From the NCBI RefSeq assembly GCF_006345805.1, contig NC_042999.1, forward strand, positions 115,630,001-115,694,000: DNA of 64,000 nt. Reading direction: 5' to 3'. Each line of letters opens with the position of its first letter. The first letter of the stretch is position 1. The DNA is from Octopus sinensis (lineage: Eukaryota). The position numbers and the translations under genes are program-made. The notes under the pieces were generated by a model. That model saw nothing but the letters and a program-made list of their open reading frames with translations, did no database searches and was not told where the DNA came from. Positions 25,867-38,889 of this stretch are shown piece after piece.

Positions 25867-26518
25867 ATAATAATAATAATACAATGAAATTGTACCAGTG
25901 TTCCGTATTTATTAAAATGATCCTACCGAGATACAACATCTGTTCCTACACACGTTTCACATCAAGAATCTTGCAAAACAAGTTAAAGCTATTCAAAAAT
26001 TGGTTGCTCTCTATAAACGAAGGTGTGATTTTTGGAGCATGTTCATATGGTTTATTAGGAGTAAATCATTGACCAAATTGTTGTAAGCCGAATCTAATTG
26101 TCGTCACGAACGCCATTTTGATAAGCAACGTTTTTGTTGCCACTTATAAGTTAATAACAAATCCTTTGTTTTAGAATGCGTTACGGCTGTTTTCAATATA
26201 GTCAGTTTAAGAAATTATGGGAAACTGTAGTATAGGGAGTTGTCCCATACTATTTTATTTTGTCTGTTAAAATGATTTGATCAATACTACTAGAAATTCT
26301 TTATTGAAGCACAGTTGTATTTAGCAACGAAGTTCAGTGGCAAATTCAATTAGATTAGACCGAAATCGGGAAAAATGATGAATATTAATCCGTATGTTCA
26401 TTAACTGCATTGTCATCAAATAACTGACTGATTTTTGGAAAAGTTAATGGAAATTTAAATATCATTTAAAAGTATAAACTGCATCTAAAAATGTATCTTT
26501 GTTTATAATTATAAATAC

Positions 26519-26586
26519 CTCCAAGCGACCGTGTCAATAAACTGACCCATGGTACAGCGATGATTTTCAAGAATTATATTTTCATA
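26519..26586 (-). CDS. Candidate coding exon of an unknown minus-strand gene
   Basis: Strong acceptor TTTTTCTTTTTCGTTTCTTATAG|, open frame YENIILENHRCTMGQFIDTVAW, donor AG|GTATTT; phase 0 to 2. Confidence 0.45.
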
Positions 26587-27189
26587 CTATAAGAAACGAA
26601 AAAGAAAAATCTCGACCTGCTAAAAACTATAATAAGGTTATAGAAATTCCATTAGAAGTTCCATTAGGAAAAAATGTAATTGATAGGAAATTTTTTCTCT
26701 TAAATGAACTGCTAATGTATATTAAATATTCTTTTAAAAAATAGAGATTGTTCTGTATAATAACGAAGAAACTTGTATTGAAATGAATGTTCATAGCGCT
26801 TTCAAGTTGAATTAAATGCACAGAAAGCAAAGAAGCCAAGCAAAAGCAACGGTAGGAAATAATGAGATACTTCTATAGATCTTAATTAAAAGAAACCAAT
26901 GTACAGGTATTTAAACACACTATCTAAAGAAAAATCATGTATAGCCTCCTGGGCTTCTGATGATTGAAATAACCTGAAAATTTGAAAATAATATTTAAAA
27001 ATAATCAAAAAAGATTATAACAAAAACCATTAATATAAATATGGTGATACAGCTATTTATAATAATATTATTTGGTATTGTGTTAAAGGTAAAAGATATA
27101 TGGAGCTTTTATGATTATTAGTTCTACTTGTTGATTTGTTACATAGGAACAAAGACAAACAGTTGGGTGGGTGAGTGGGTAAGGCGAAA

Positions 27190-27530
27190 TAAGTGTCTGT
27201 ACTTGACTGATACTTATTTTCATGACTCAGAAGAATGCAAAAGCAAAAGTCAACCTCGGCGAGACTTGAACTTGGAACGTAAAGGATATAACTCTAACTA
27301 GTTTGTTCTAACGATTTTGCTAATTTCTTCCCTTCCATTCTAATTATCGATTACTTACATAAGTATAAGGCCCACACATTTGGATACAGAGTCGATTACA
27401 TCAACACATTTGGAGGTAGAGTTGATTACATCAACCCCAGTACTTGACTGGTACTTATTTTATCGACAAACAGAATGATGAAAAGCAAAGTTGATCTCGA
27501 CTAGATTTCCACTAACGATTCTGCCAAGCC
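27190..27530 (-). mobile_element. Two adjacent degenerate SINE family IV fragments
   Basis: Similarity to 13915-14133 (ACTGGTACTTATTTTATCGAC...AAAGCAAAGT). Confidence 0.6.
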
Positions 27531-27892
27531 ATCACCCTCTAAAACTGTAGTTCTTAAAGTGGCCCTAAGGGTAGTGGCAAAATTTAGTGGGAGTCGAAGA
27601 AAAATGGTGATAATAGAGTGACCAAAAGGGTTCGATGGATACCAACGCTCCACTCCGTTTTTCAATGATACACTCAAATTTAGAAAACAGTGATTAAGAA
27701 TCGATCTGAAAAACGTTTTAATAAAACTAACTTTAAGCAAGAACAGAACAAAAATAAATTTTTTAAATCATCAGTTTACTAACGAAGCTGGCCATAATAT
27801 ATAACACTGAATAAAAACAATGTCAACAACAACAATAATGACGACAAGAATAACAGCAATAATAAAATCAAAAGAATATATATATATATATA

Positions 27893-28030
27893 CGTTCGGA
27901 GTTCAAATTCCATCAAGGTCAACTTTGCCTTTCATCCTTACTAGATCTATAAAACAAGTGCCAGTTAAGCACTGGGGTCGATGTAATCGACTGGCCTCCT
28001 CTCCCCAAATTTCTAACCGTGTGTTAAAAT
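27893..28030 (+). mobile_element. SINE family IV fragment
   Basis: GAGTTCAAATTCC...GTCAACTTTGCCTTTCATCC...GGGGTCGATGTAATCGACT. Confidence 0.7.
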
Positions 28031-28045
28031 ATGAAACCAATATGA

Positions 28046-29330
28046 TATTCAGGTTAGCCCATAAGTTTTGTCCGAATTTTGAATAAAGAAAACAAGTAAT
28101 AAAATGTTATATTTAATTGAAATTTAATCATCAATGTACTTTCCCTGATTATCTACGACTTCCTTCAATATATTTACAAGTTTTTTAATCCCATCAATGT
28201 AAAATTATTTTGGTTTCAAAGCGAAGAACTCTGAAACGTCAGTTTCGACCTCCTCCTGGCTTGCGAAAGTTATGTTCCCCAAATGATTCTGTAACCTACG
28301 AAACAAATGGTATTCTGAAGAAGCAAGGTGGGGAGAATAAGGTAGAGAAGGAATTTTTTCCCAACCAAGCTCTTCGATCTTATGTGATGTGATATTTGCA
28401 TCATTATCCTGATGAAACATCACTCCTTTTCGATTCACTAATGCGGGCCTTTTTTCCTTCAAAGCTTTGTTCAAACGCTCTAATTGCTGACAGTAGACTT
28501 GAGCATTGATTGTTGCATTAGGTGATAACAATTCAAAGTGAATTACTCCTTTGCAATCCCATCTGATAGAGAGAAGAATCCTTTTCCCATGAAGTTCCCT
28601 TCTCGGTTGTGGTTGAGCTTTTTCACTTTTACCAAGCCACTGTTTACGACGTTTAACACTTCGATAGAAGATCCATTTTTCGTCACCAGTCACAAGTCTA
28701 TTCAAAAAGGGTGAAATGAGTTGGTGAGAATGGAGAAAAGAGCAGATGTCAACTCGGGATTTGCGGTTGCTTTCGGACAATTCATGAGGCAGCCATTTTC
28801 CAAGTTTAAGAACCTTTCCAAGTTGTTGAAGATAACGATGAACAGTTGTATGGTTTGAACTAAGCTTTATTGCCAATTCTTCAACTGATAATGCAGGATT
28901 TTCTTCAAGTAATGCCTCAAGGAGGAGCTTGTCATCAAACTCAAATGGACGTCCTGTTCAATCTTCATTTTCAAAGGTGAAATCTCCACTTCTATATTTT
29001 GCAAACCATCTTCTGCAAGTTCTTTCATTCAAGCATTCTTTCCCATAAACTGAGTGTATGTTTCGAGTCGCTTCGGCTGCAGAGTTTCCTTATTTGTACT
29101 CATAAAGCATTATGTGCCTCAATTGCTCTTTAGATACTTCCATGTTAGAAAGGGTTTTAATCAAAGAAATTTTAATTCTATTATTCTATAAAATAATATT
29201 TAATTAGTTTAAATGTACACAAATGCATAAAAATAATTTTTAATTCCATTAGACCTTCTAATATACTATTAAATTTCATTGAATTTTACAAAGGTAAAAT
29301 CAGACAGAACTTATGGGATGACCTGATATA
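28046..29330 (-). mobile_element. Full-length (~1285 bp) but decayed mariner transposon
   Basis: ~28-bp TIRs (TCAGGT.A.CCCATAAGTT.TGTC.GA) with flanking TA. ORF 28205-28876 carries WLPHEL, LVTGDEKW, FHQDN and YSPHLASSEY; the N-terminus is frameshifted. Confidence 0.92.
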
Positions 29331-29589
29331 TGTATTTCTCATTCATTTATGATTGGTTTACACTACTGAAAATTGAAAAGCGTTTTTATTATAGCAAACC
29401 ATATAAAGTTGTCCACAATAATTTGTAATTTTTTCTGTCCATTTTCCTCGAATACAACCTTGTGGTAACGGAGTAATAACGTAAATGGTTTGTAGTTCAT
29501 TTGGCGTCGATTTCTAGCGTACAGGCGTTGTCAATTCAGCGGCCTTTATTATAATTATATGAATCATTAAATAATGATTTTATCCTAAT

Positions 29590-31185
29590 TATACATATAT
29601 ATATATATTGTTGTATTTGGGGATGGTCATATTGCCAGTTTAGCCAATGAAAACACACGCATTATACATTTAGTGTTCACTTGATTCAGTTTTATTTTAT
29701 ATTAATTGTATTTCGGCTAGAGTTTTTTCGTCACACTTCTGTGACATCATCAGTGGTTCTTTGCTTTCTTCTTTCTTTTTTGTGTCTCCTTTTACTAACG
29801 AGTTGCCATTTTGTATTCCTGTTGTATGTGTCTGTATTTGCGCATGCATATATCTGTGTGTGTCTTTATATGCACATGCGTATATCCCTATGTGTTTGGG
29901 AATGTGTATGGCATCTGCATTATCAGTATTCCCTGTTTATTCACGTTCGTTTAATTTACTTTTATTTATTTTTATTCATTTGATTTTATCTACTTACTTT
30001 TTCATTTCTTTTTTGTGTTTAATTTAATTTATTTTGTTTATGTATATAATTATTTCATTCCATTTATATATCTGTGTATTATATTGGTTTGATATTATTA
30101 TTAGATTATGGGTATCTTATTCTGTCATAGATTGTGGTATGTGTGTGCGCGGGGGGCTGTGTGTGCTAGTGTTCCATTCTAGTTTTCTATTTAGCCTGGT
30201 TTATCATCTATCATGTGTGTAGCTTCTATAATTTGTCGAAGCGTTGCGTCTATTCTATGTGTGGACAAGATTTTAACTTCTATATTGTTGAGTGAGCCCT
30301 CGTCTTCCCATTCGGTGTACCGGTATAGAACCGATGAGCTCTGCATTTCCTTAAGTCCCTTTCAATGCACATTTATCCGCTCTCATATGCTCCTTACTGT
30401 TTCCCCTACGGACACCGTTGCCTTGTTTCTGCACCGTCTCTCTGTACATCTTATATTATCGACTACATTCCTTGCTTTACAGTTTGTTTGTGGGCTAAAT
30501 CTACATACAATACAGTTCCTATCATTACAGGGGGTTCTACTAAAAGGGTAGGTTCTACGGATTAGAGATTTGATAGGGTTACCTGGCCTTTCTTAGCTTA
30601 AGCTTATCTAGGGCCCATCTAAAGCGGTACGCCAGTTCGCCTCTAGGGGCGATGTCGACGAACATGAAACTAGTATTTGTGGCTATCATACCATTAGTTG
30701 GCCTTCCCCATTTTCTTCTTAGTACTTTCAATGATATTCCATGACTTGCTCCTATAGAGTGGGCAAATCCCCTTCCTATCCTTACGTATGATAGTTTCAA
30801 ATTTCCTCTTGGTTCCTTTATATACTCTGATTCTTTCTCTATGGCTGTATCCTGAGAACTGCATGCGGTGATCGAAGTGTTGTATGTGTCTCTTTAACTC
30901 TGTAGGGTCGCACATGTGGGACAGGTTTCTCATTAATCTGATGAGATCTGCCATCAATATAATGCATTTGTTATTGTTCGCGATAGTTGAGTTCCGGTGA
31001 ATCAGGTATTTGGAGGCCATAGGTTTTGCGTAGTGTGAATGGAGGATTTGGGTTTTATTATTCACAGTTTCCAGTCAGAGTACTTGTAGTCTATGGTTAG
31101 GGTGTATCGTAGGGTAGTCTATTGTGACCTTAATATTCTGGTGAATGGAGTTAGCTATTTGCTGGATGCTCTCCATGGTATTAAT
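29590..31185 (-). mobile_element. Decayed Penelope-like element (Neptune-type): RT thumb, GIY-YIG endonuclease and 3' terminal repeat
   Basis: ORF 30694-31065 (KPMAS...RMQFSGY...PLYRSKSW). Hand translation of 30150-30510 gives CIVC...CKARNVVDNIRC...VGETVRS..ERI. Confidence 0.8.
29726..29753 (-). ncRNA. Degenerate hammerhead ribozyme core in the PLE 3' region
   Basis: CTGATGA-T-GTCAC(AGAAGT)GTGAC-GAAA; helices I and III are not convincingly intact. Confidence 0.5.
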
Positions 31186-31341
31186 TTCCTATGGCCTTTA
31201 CACCTGTATATGTGTGAATGTATGTGTGTGTATGTATATATGTATGTATGAAAATATATGTATATATAGATAGATATTGATAAAAACGGTAAGACAACAA
31301 AAGAAAGAAAGAGACCTCGATATTATGTAAATATAGGTATT

Positions 31342-31505
31342 TATCTGTAAATGTAATATGTGACAATTATTCGGTAGCCATGATAAAACTACGGAAAAAT
31401 GGCCGGATAACTGAAGAGATAGCGGCGTGGAGTTCCACCTCGGCATCCGAAAGCGGAGTTTTATTATGGCTACCGAATAATTGTCACATATTACATTTAC
31501 AGATA
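31342..31505 (+). mobile_element. 164-bp palindromic element enclosing a hammerhead-like core
   Basis: 49-bp inverted arms with 1 mismatch; CTGAAGA at 31411-31417 and GAAA at 31449-31452. Confidence 0.7.
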
Positions 31506-31506
31506 T

Positions 31507-31577
<71 letters not shown>

Positions 31578-31892
31578 TCGCCAGCAAAAAAGAAATTCAA
31601 GTCTCAACTTTACGCAGGAAAAAGTTATGCTAACTGTTTGAGGAATGCAAAAGGGCCTATACTGGAATATTAACTGGATTTAAGCTGTTCCATCTCATTC
31701 CTTACGAAAATCTAATGACTTACTACCTCTATATAGATAAGTTCCTTTCTAGCTTCTAATCTTTTGTCTCTGTCATCATACACACACACATGCACATATA
31801 CACATACATACACACATACTCACACGTATATATATACTTACATACACAATACACATACACACACACACATATATATACATACATATATATAA

Positions 31893-31931
<39 letters not shown>

Positions 31932-32223
31932 GTTGAATTATATTTCGTCCTTTAATTTGGAGGGTTCCATTTCTAATAAAGATTCTTCGTATTTTGCTGG
32001 TAGCTTACAGGCGTAAATTTGCGAATATGAAAATAATACTTGTATATGATGTGCTAAGTGAATTTATGGAAAGGTATCCCATAGAACTTAACAAATTTGT
32101 TAAAAATGGAGATGTTAAAATTTGAAAGAATTATAATACATGCATACGATCGTTTCAAACAGTGATATTAGAACATGCAAATTCATGGTAGAGTAACTAA
32201 ATTAATTAATTAATTAATAAGTA

Positions 32224-32647
32224 TTGTATGTATAATGTAACTACTATAATTTCTTGTTTATATCGTAGTTTATGAAGATTTGTGAAATTTTGAACAGGCC
32301 ATGCATATTTCAGTCAGTTAAAAAAATAGAAATGTTAGATTTGAGCGTGGGTGAATAAATGAGAGTGTATTGAAGTTAAAGAGTTAACTTAATCGTGTTT
32401 GAGTTATGTCTAGTATTTGTGGCTATCATACCATAAGTTAGCTTTCCTCATTTTCTTCTTAGTCCTTTCAATGATATTCTACGACTTGCTCCTATAGAGT
32501 GGGCAAATCCCATTCCTATCCTTACGTATGATAGTTTCCAATTTCCTCTTGGCTCCTTTATATACACTGATCCTATCAAATACAATGAGCATGGGCGAAA
32601 TTAAAAATATAGAAAGGCGACAATTTACCCATCGATCATGTATGTAT

Positions 32648-32706
<59 letters not shown>

Positions 32707-33088
32707 TGTGTGTGTGTGTGTGTGTGTGCGTGCGTGTGTGTGTGTGCATGTGTCTGGAATACATAAATAGATGTACGAATGTTATTGTTTGGTTTAGAAC
32801 TCTACGTAGATTATCAGCGTCCATATAGGTATGGATGTTGTGCGTGTATATATGTATGTATATTTGTGTCTGCCTCTGTGTGTGTTTGCATGAATGTATG
32901 TTTGTATGTATAATATAAGTACGATAATTTCTTGTTTATATTGTAGCTTACGAAGACTTGTGAAATTTTGGACAGGCCATGCATAATTCAGTCCGTTTTA
33001 AAAAATAGAAATGTTAGAAGATTTGAGCGTGGGTGAATAAATGAGAGTGTATTGAAGTAAAAGAGTTAACTTAATCTTCTTTGAGTTA
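32224..33088. repeat. Two ~183-bp direct repeats (32224-32406 and 32902-33088)
   Basis: Alignable by eye, e.g. GATTTGAGCGTGGGTGAATAAATGAGAGTGTATTGAAGT occurs in both. Confidence 0.85.
32410..32575 (-). mobile_element. Second PLE fragment, paralogous to 30670-30830
   Basis: High nucleotide similarity (CTTGCTCCTATAGAGTGGGCAAATCCC...CTTACGTATGATAGTTTC). Confidence 0.85.
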
Positions 33089-34012
33089 AGTTTGAAATTA
33101 TCGATATAACTGTTCACGATAAAATGGAATGTCAGTGACAGTAAATGAATAAAATATACATTTGTTCCTATTTACTCGTAGTATATTTTCAGTAATATCT
33201 CCCCTGAAGGAACTTGTACTTATTTCCCCCAGTAAGTCTATAGATGCCCATAGAAATAATTGTGATACACGGAAACAGTGAAATATCTGCAGTATTCCAA
33301 GTGTTAGTAATTCAATATCTTATGCATTTCGTTATTAGTATGTTACATTTTCAGAATACCTACATGCTAGGAATCCTACGAAATACCTCATATAATGCTT
33401 GATGGAGGATCCGAGAGAAAAAATTCCTGTAAAAGTTTTGCAATTTATGTAAGCGTGTTTCTGTATATATATACAAAATAGAAATATTATTTCTAAATCT
33501 CTCAAAGAGAGATATATAGTAACAGTACCACAAAGTAATGACTTTTTGCCAGCATAATGTGGCAGTCCCAGGATGGGACGAATTTTACAGTTATTTAGCC
33601 CCAGGAAACATCGTTTCCAGCTGGCTAAACGACACAAAAAATTGTGTTCTATTTTCGAACAGGGGGAGATCAGCACCTCCATCCAGCACAACCTTGCAAC
33701 CACGGACCGGTTTCTGGGTTATAGCTCTTGATCAGCGTGGTGTAGCTTGGTTGGGAAGATGGATTCTTTATTATGATTATGCAATCAATACACAGATGGG
33801 GCATTATAGGACGAAACGATTACAAAAATGTTAAAATGAGTTCGAATGAACGTTAAAAATTTAGATATAATTTATATAGGTTACTTGACTTTCCGGTATT
33901 CTTTTTTTTAAGCATAAAAAACAATTTCAAAATACATACCCAGCAGCTTGTAAGACCCAGCAACTATCTTTTTACCTTTCATTGATGATTAAGCTGGGTT
34001 ACTGACACTCAC

Positions 34013-34159
34013 CTTTCTCATCACATCCTTCCAACGTTTCTCATACTCTCTCTGCGGCAGGGTCTTCCTCTCCAGCCCCATCTTACCAAGGATACCTGGT
34101 ATAATTTTGACGGAGCTCCAATCACTCAGATCACGTAAAGTGCTAGAGTCTGAGGGTGG
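34013..34159 (-). CDS. Candidate coding exon of an unknown minus-strand gene
   Basis: ATACAG| 147-nt open frame PPSDSSTLRDLSDWSSVKIIPGILGKMGLERKTLPQREYEKRWKDVMRK, consensus donor AAG|GTGAGT. The other two frames contain stops, and the segment is GC-richer than its flanks. Confidence 0.55.
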
Positions 34160-36464
34160 CTGTATTATATAGAATGTGGGTGTGTATTGTATTTCTTGTT
34201 GAGAAAGAGATGGATAGTTTTTAGAATAGCTGTGAGGGAATGAAATAAGTGAATGAAATAAGGTGAATGAAATAAGGTGCTGTAGAGAGCTGAGGATTGT
34301 GAAAGATATAGCTTCTGCAGCGACTGAATTAATAATACGAGATGAATGTGGGAATTGTTTAAAGTCGTATCGAAATAAATAATCTTCACTGTCATGTCCG
34401 TTCTTTGCTACGTTGAAACAAATTTACTGTTGAGTTACGAGAATTTAACCAAAGTTTTATGTATTATACTGAGGATAAGTTGTTCCTCGTAATAAACATG
34501 TTGCATCAAACAGTAACAATTAATTTGGCGAAAAAAATCAATATTGATACATTACTTTAGATGATAAAGAACAGAGGCGAAGAATCGATTACTGGAATAT
34601 CTTGATAGATGTCTTAAATATTGAATGAGTTTTCTTGCAGAACTCTTGACCTATAATAATAGCTACGAATAAATTGGATAAAAGCTACAACTGTTATTTA
34701 CACACACACATGCACACAGACGTACACACACGCAAGCAGTATGCGCATATAAAAGTCCATATCTTCCCTCCCACAAAGTAATAATGAAATTGTTATTTAA
34801 AGTCTTCAGCTTCTAGGGTCCATTATTAGTTCAAATTTATGTAAACTCAAGTTACATAAGTTTAAAAAAAGAGCATAGTTGAAAGGAAAAGAAATGTTAT
34901 AATGTTTCCTTTGATAAAATGTAAGGTCACATGTGTGAACTTTGTAATGACGAAACAATATCAGCAATGCGCGCGCCCTTTACGGTTAGCGGCTGGTATG
35001 ATCTTTTGATTGTTACCAACAAATTGGTGAGGTGGTAGATAATAGATCATTTGTGGGCAAGTAGATCAAAGGAAATCTCTCGAATATATTTAATTTATTC
35101 GGACTCAAAGTGTTCTTAAGGTTACCAACAGCATGAACTTTGAAAAATCAACCCTATGAAGTGATTGGAAAAAATAGACATTAAAATTTGAATTTTATAA
35201 ATATGAAATAACGACATTATTGTATTAAGCTATTTGACACAATGATTTAAATTTTATATGTTAATCCTATAATAATCACATATTAGGCTGATATTTCTGT
35301 TAAATGTACTCAAGTAACATTTTATTTCCATATTCTTATCGTTCATATTGAATATTTGAGAAATACAATTTGCAAAAATACAATTTGCAAAAATCGTGTT
35401 TCCTGGTTTTTTGCATATTCAAAACATAAATAAATTTTAAAAAGGGACATTGTTAAAAATATCTGTCTGAAGAAGCTAAGCATTATTTCGCTAATTACAA
35501 AATATAAAAATTTCACGCTGTAGTAATTCAACTAAACATGTGTTTCTTCCATTTCTTGATTTGCATGAAATCTACCTCCTGCTAACAATATGATGGAGTT
35601 CCAAGAAAATATTCACTCATTTAATGTCATAATTTTAAAATCATATACCGTTTGCTAATTGTTATGCATCTTATGACTTGTTGATAATTTTGATAATTTC
35701 CAGTTGTTTCTAATTAATATTGCTTTATCAAAAGGTTGACACATTTTACAATTTAGTTTCTTGATTAGTTTTGAAAATTTCAATGACATTGAATTCTTGA
35801 TATTTTTGGAAATGAACTGCTTAGAAAAGTAAGATTTGATCGTTTCCTTGCTGTTTGCGTTCTTCAATTTTTGCCAGAATTTACTTCGGAAACATCTAGT
35901 TTTTAAAAAATATAGATGAAAAAAATAATTTTGATGAAAAACAGTGAACTTGATAGTCTACCCAAATTTGTCATTATTTCGGGTTTTCAGCTAATTTTTG
36001 TTTTTAAATTAGAGAAAATATTGAAAACATCTGCAGCAAATTCGTTTTTGTTTTTAAAGTTCTTCAAGTGCTAATTTGAATGTTTTGCGAGAACAACAGA
36101 GTTTCAGTAGCTTGTATCTCTGTTGAATCTTCTCCAATTGAAAGAAATTTAAACAATTGCCAGGAGCCAAGAACTTCATGTATTCTAGGAATGTAAAATT
36201 CTTTCAATACAAGTATGTATAAATAATCACCTAGTTGTAATATGGCGGAGAATTTCGCTAAAATCCATCTATACAAATAAATGAAAATCTTAAAGACTTT
36301 TGTATTTTTGCATTTTTTTAATGATGTCTCAAAATTAGCCATATATTTTTAAACTTTGCAAACTCCAGAGGAAACTATACTTAATTCTTATATAGTTATA
36401 AAGCGTAATATTAGCTGTTCCAGGCATTTCTTGAAGTATTTTAATCAATATTGTTAGAATTTAC

Positions 36465-36586
36465 ATGTCACTGATAAGTAAGTTATATTCGGAATAAATT
36501 TCTGCCATAGAAAAGATGCATAGTGTCCTTTCCAATCACCGAGAAGGACATAAACAGATAAGTCTGAATATAAACGATCGTCTTTT
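36465..36586 (-). CDS. Candidate coding exon of an unknown minus-strand gene
   Basis: T-rich acceptor TTTATTTATTTTAG|, single open frame KDDRLYSDLSVYVLLGDWKGHYASFLWQKFIPNITYLSVT, donor |GTAAAT; phase 2 to 1. Confidence 0.45.
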
Positions 36587-37488
36587 CTAAAATAAATAAA
36601 AAATAAATAAATAAAAATAAAAGGGACATTTGGCAACTGAACGATACACACATTTAGTACTAGTCAGAAACCCCAACAAAGATTATATTGGTGAAACAGG
36701 ATTTGAAAATTCTAAATGTGGGTAGTTATACATGGCACGGAACTCTGCTAATGTTATCATTAAATAAATGCACAGTATGAATATGTATATACATTTTAGC
36801 CTCTGTCAACCGAATCAGTTGCATATCTATAGTTTCATTTCATCGTAAATTTCAGTAAAGAAAGCAACAATGAAACTTTTCCAATGTGCCGCGCAGTAGG
36901 ACTGAATAAGAAACCACATGATTGAAAAGCCTGTCGTAATAATTTGCTCACTCATAATTTTGGTACTTCCGACAGTGAATAAGTATTAAAGAGAGATAGG
37001 AAAGTCAATTAATTACCTAAAGATTCTGGTTTAATTCCAGTGTTAAAAGGAAAAAAAAAATAGACTTCTTTTTTATGCGCCTACAACTGAAATGCGTTTC
37101 AACACGACGCGCTAGAAATCTCTCTTCGTCATTAGCTTTGTTATGCCCTATATTTTAACATGTTTTCTGCAAGTAGCTGTTAATGCATTTGAGTGAACGT
37201 CATCATCATTTAGGTTACTGAACTCTCCAAAATATAGCATTCCGTATGACCTGGTTTTCGACACAATAATAGTGGCCAGTAAAACAACCAGTGTTTGTGG
37301 TTGTTGATGTGGACTACATCCTTTGGCAAAATCTTGATCTTATCCAAGACAAAAACCTCACCATCAAGCAGAAGTGATCAAGATATCAGCAGAGCTTGTA
37401 TCTTTCTAGGCTTGATTATGCTGATGGTTTCGCTATCATAGCTTAGTTTTGAGATACACAAATGTATTTATTACTCCTGCACGTACAA

Positions 37489-37875
37489 ATCTATAAACGG
37501 CAAAATGTCTGTGTATCTGTGTGTCTGTGTGTCCTTTATACAAATCCACAGTTTTTCATGTAAAAGGCTCGCATTTTCTATGGGTTTCAAAACTGTCTGA
37601 GGGTGGTCGTGAAGATGTTTTCATTTCCCCAGTCACCCCATAAAGACATTAAAAAATCGATAAACCGATCCCTTATGCCCATAAGTTATTTTGCGGCCAA
37701 ATTCGAGTTATTCGCTTTCTTCTTGTACACAGTCCCGCTAATTTTTCATGATTATGCCGTTCCAGGTGTGAAAACCGAAGTCCAATGAATATTAATTACT
37801 CTCATAAAAAGCCCCAACTAGCTCATAAACAACAAAACTGGCCCGGGCTGAAATGTGATAAGAAACTTAGTTCTT
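37489..37875 (+). mobile_element. Possible non-autonomous Helitron-like element
   Basis: Starts TCTATAAACGG followed by a TGTC-type microsatellite; ends with a GCCCGGGC palindrome and CTTAGT (degenerate CTAG). Confidence 0.3.
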
Positions 37876-38174
37876 GTGATTATATGAGTGTGTATGTGAG
37901 TGCAAGTAACAACAATAACACACACACACATATATATGTGTGTGTGTATGTGTATGTATGTGTATGTGTGTCTCTGTGTGTGTATATATATTTCGTTTTT
38001 GGATTTGGTTTGCAAGATTCTTTATATGAGTTCGTGCGTTGAAGCATATTCTGTTGTGTCTGGGAAGAGTCAATTTCTTTTTGTGCCTTATAATGTAACA
38101 CGCTCAACTGTAAAATTTCCCCTTATTTCTTATTTATATTTTCCTAAAATTTTTTGTTAAAAAACAAAATAAAA

Positions 38175-38620
38175 ACAAACATGCAGGTTCAAGGTGCAGC
38201 CATCGGTGTAGGTATAGCTGGAGATGTGGCTGACCTTTTCATGACCTGGTGGGGCAGAAAATTTAAATAAATGTTAGCAGAACAGTCCACAACACTTTTA
38301 CTCTACAGTAGATCTGTAGATGACATTAATATCATAGTTAGGACCAACTCTAATGACAGTAATATAGAAACTGAGAAGAACATAATAGAGAGCATCCAGC
38401 AAATAGCTAACTCCATCCACCAAAGTATCAAAGTAACTATAGAGTACCCCACTAAGCACCCCAACAACAGACTCCCTGTACTTGATACTGAACTTTGGTT
38501 ACAGACTGTGAACAATAGAGCGCAGATTCTCCACTCTTAACAAAATATGTTGTTCACAAGAACTCAGCTTTGTCACACAATATGAAAATGAACATACTGA
38601 TAGCAGACTTAGAATAATGA
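38175..38620 (+). mobile_element. PLE (Neptune-type) RT fragment
   Basis: QVQGAAIGVGIAGD, YSRSVDDINII and IANSIHQSIKVTIEYP...RLPVLD; homologous to 31060-31185. Confidence 0.8.
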
Positions 38621-38624
38621 ACAA

Positions 38625-38840
<216 letters not shown>

Positions 38841-38889
38841 TTTTTTCTCTAGTTTCAGGTCAGAGCTGTGGCCATGCTGATGCACCACC

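Noticed and set aside
27550-27712. Possible hAT-type MITE (GTAGTTCTTAAAGTGG...TTAAGAATC)
   Set aside because: The termini are too degenerate and there is no TSD.
35300-36340. Coding-looking AT-rich minus-strand stretch
   Set aside because: Stops in all frames and no identifiable family.
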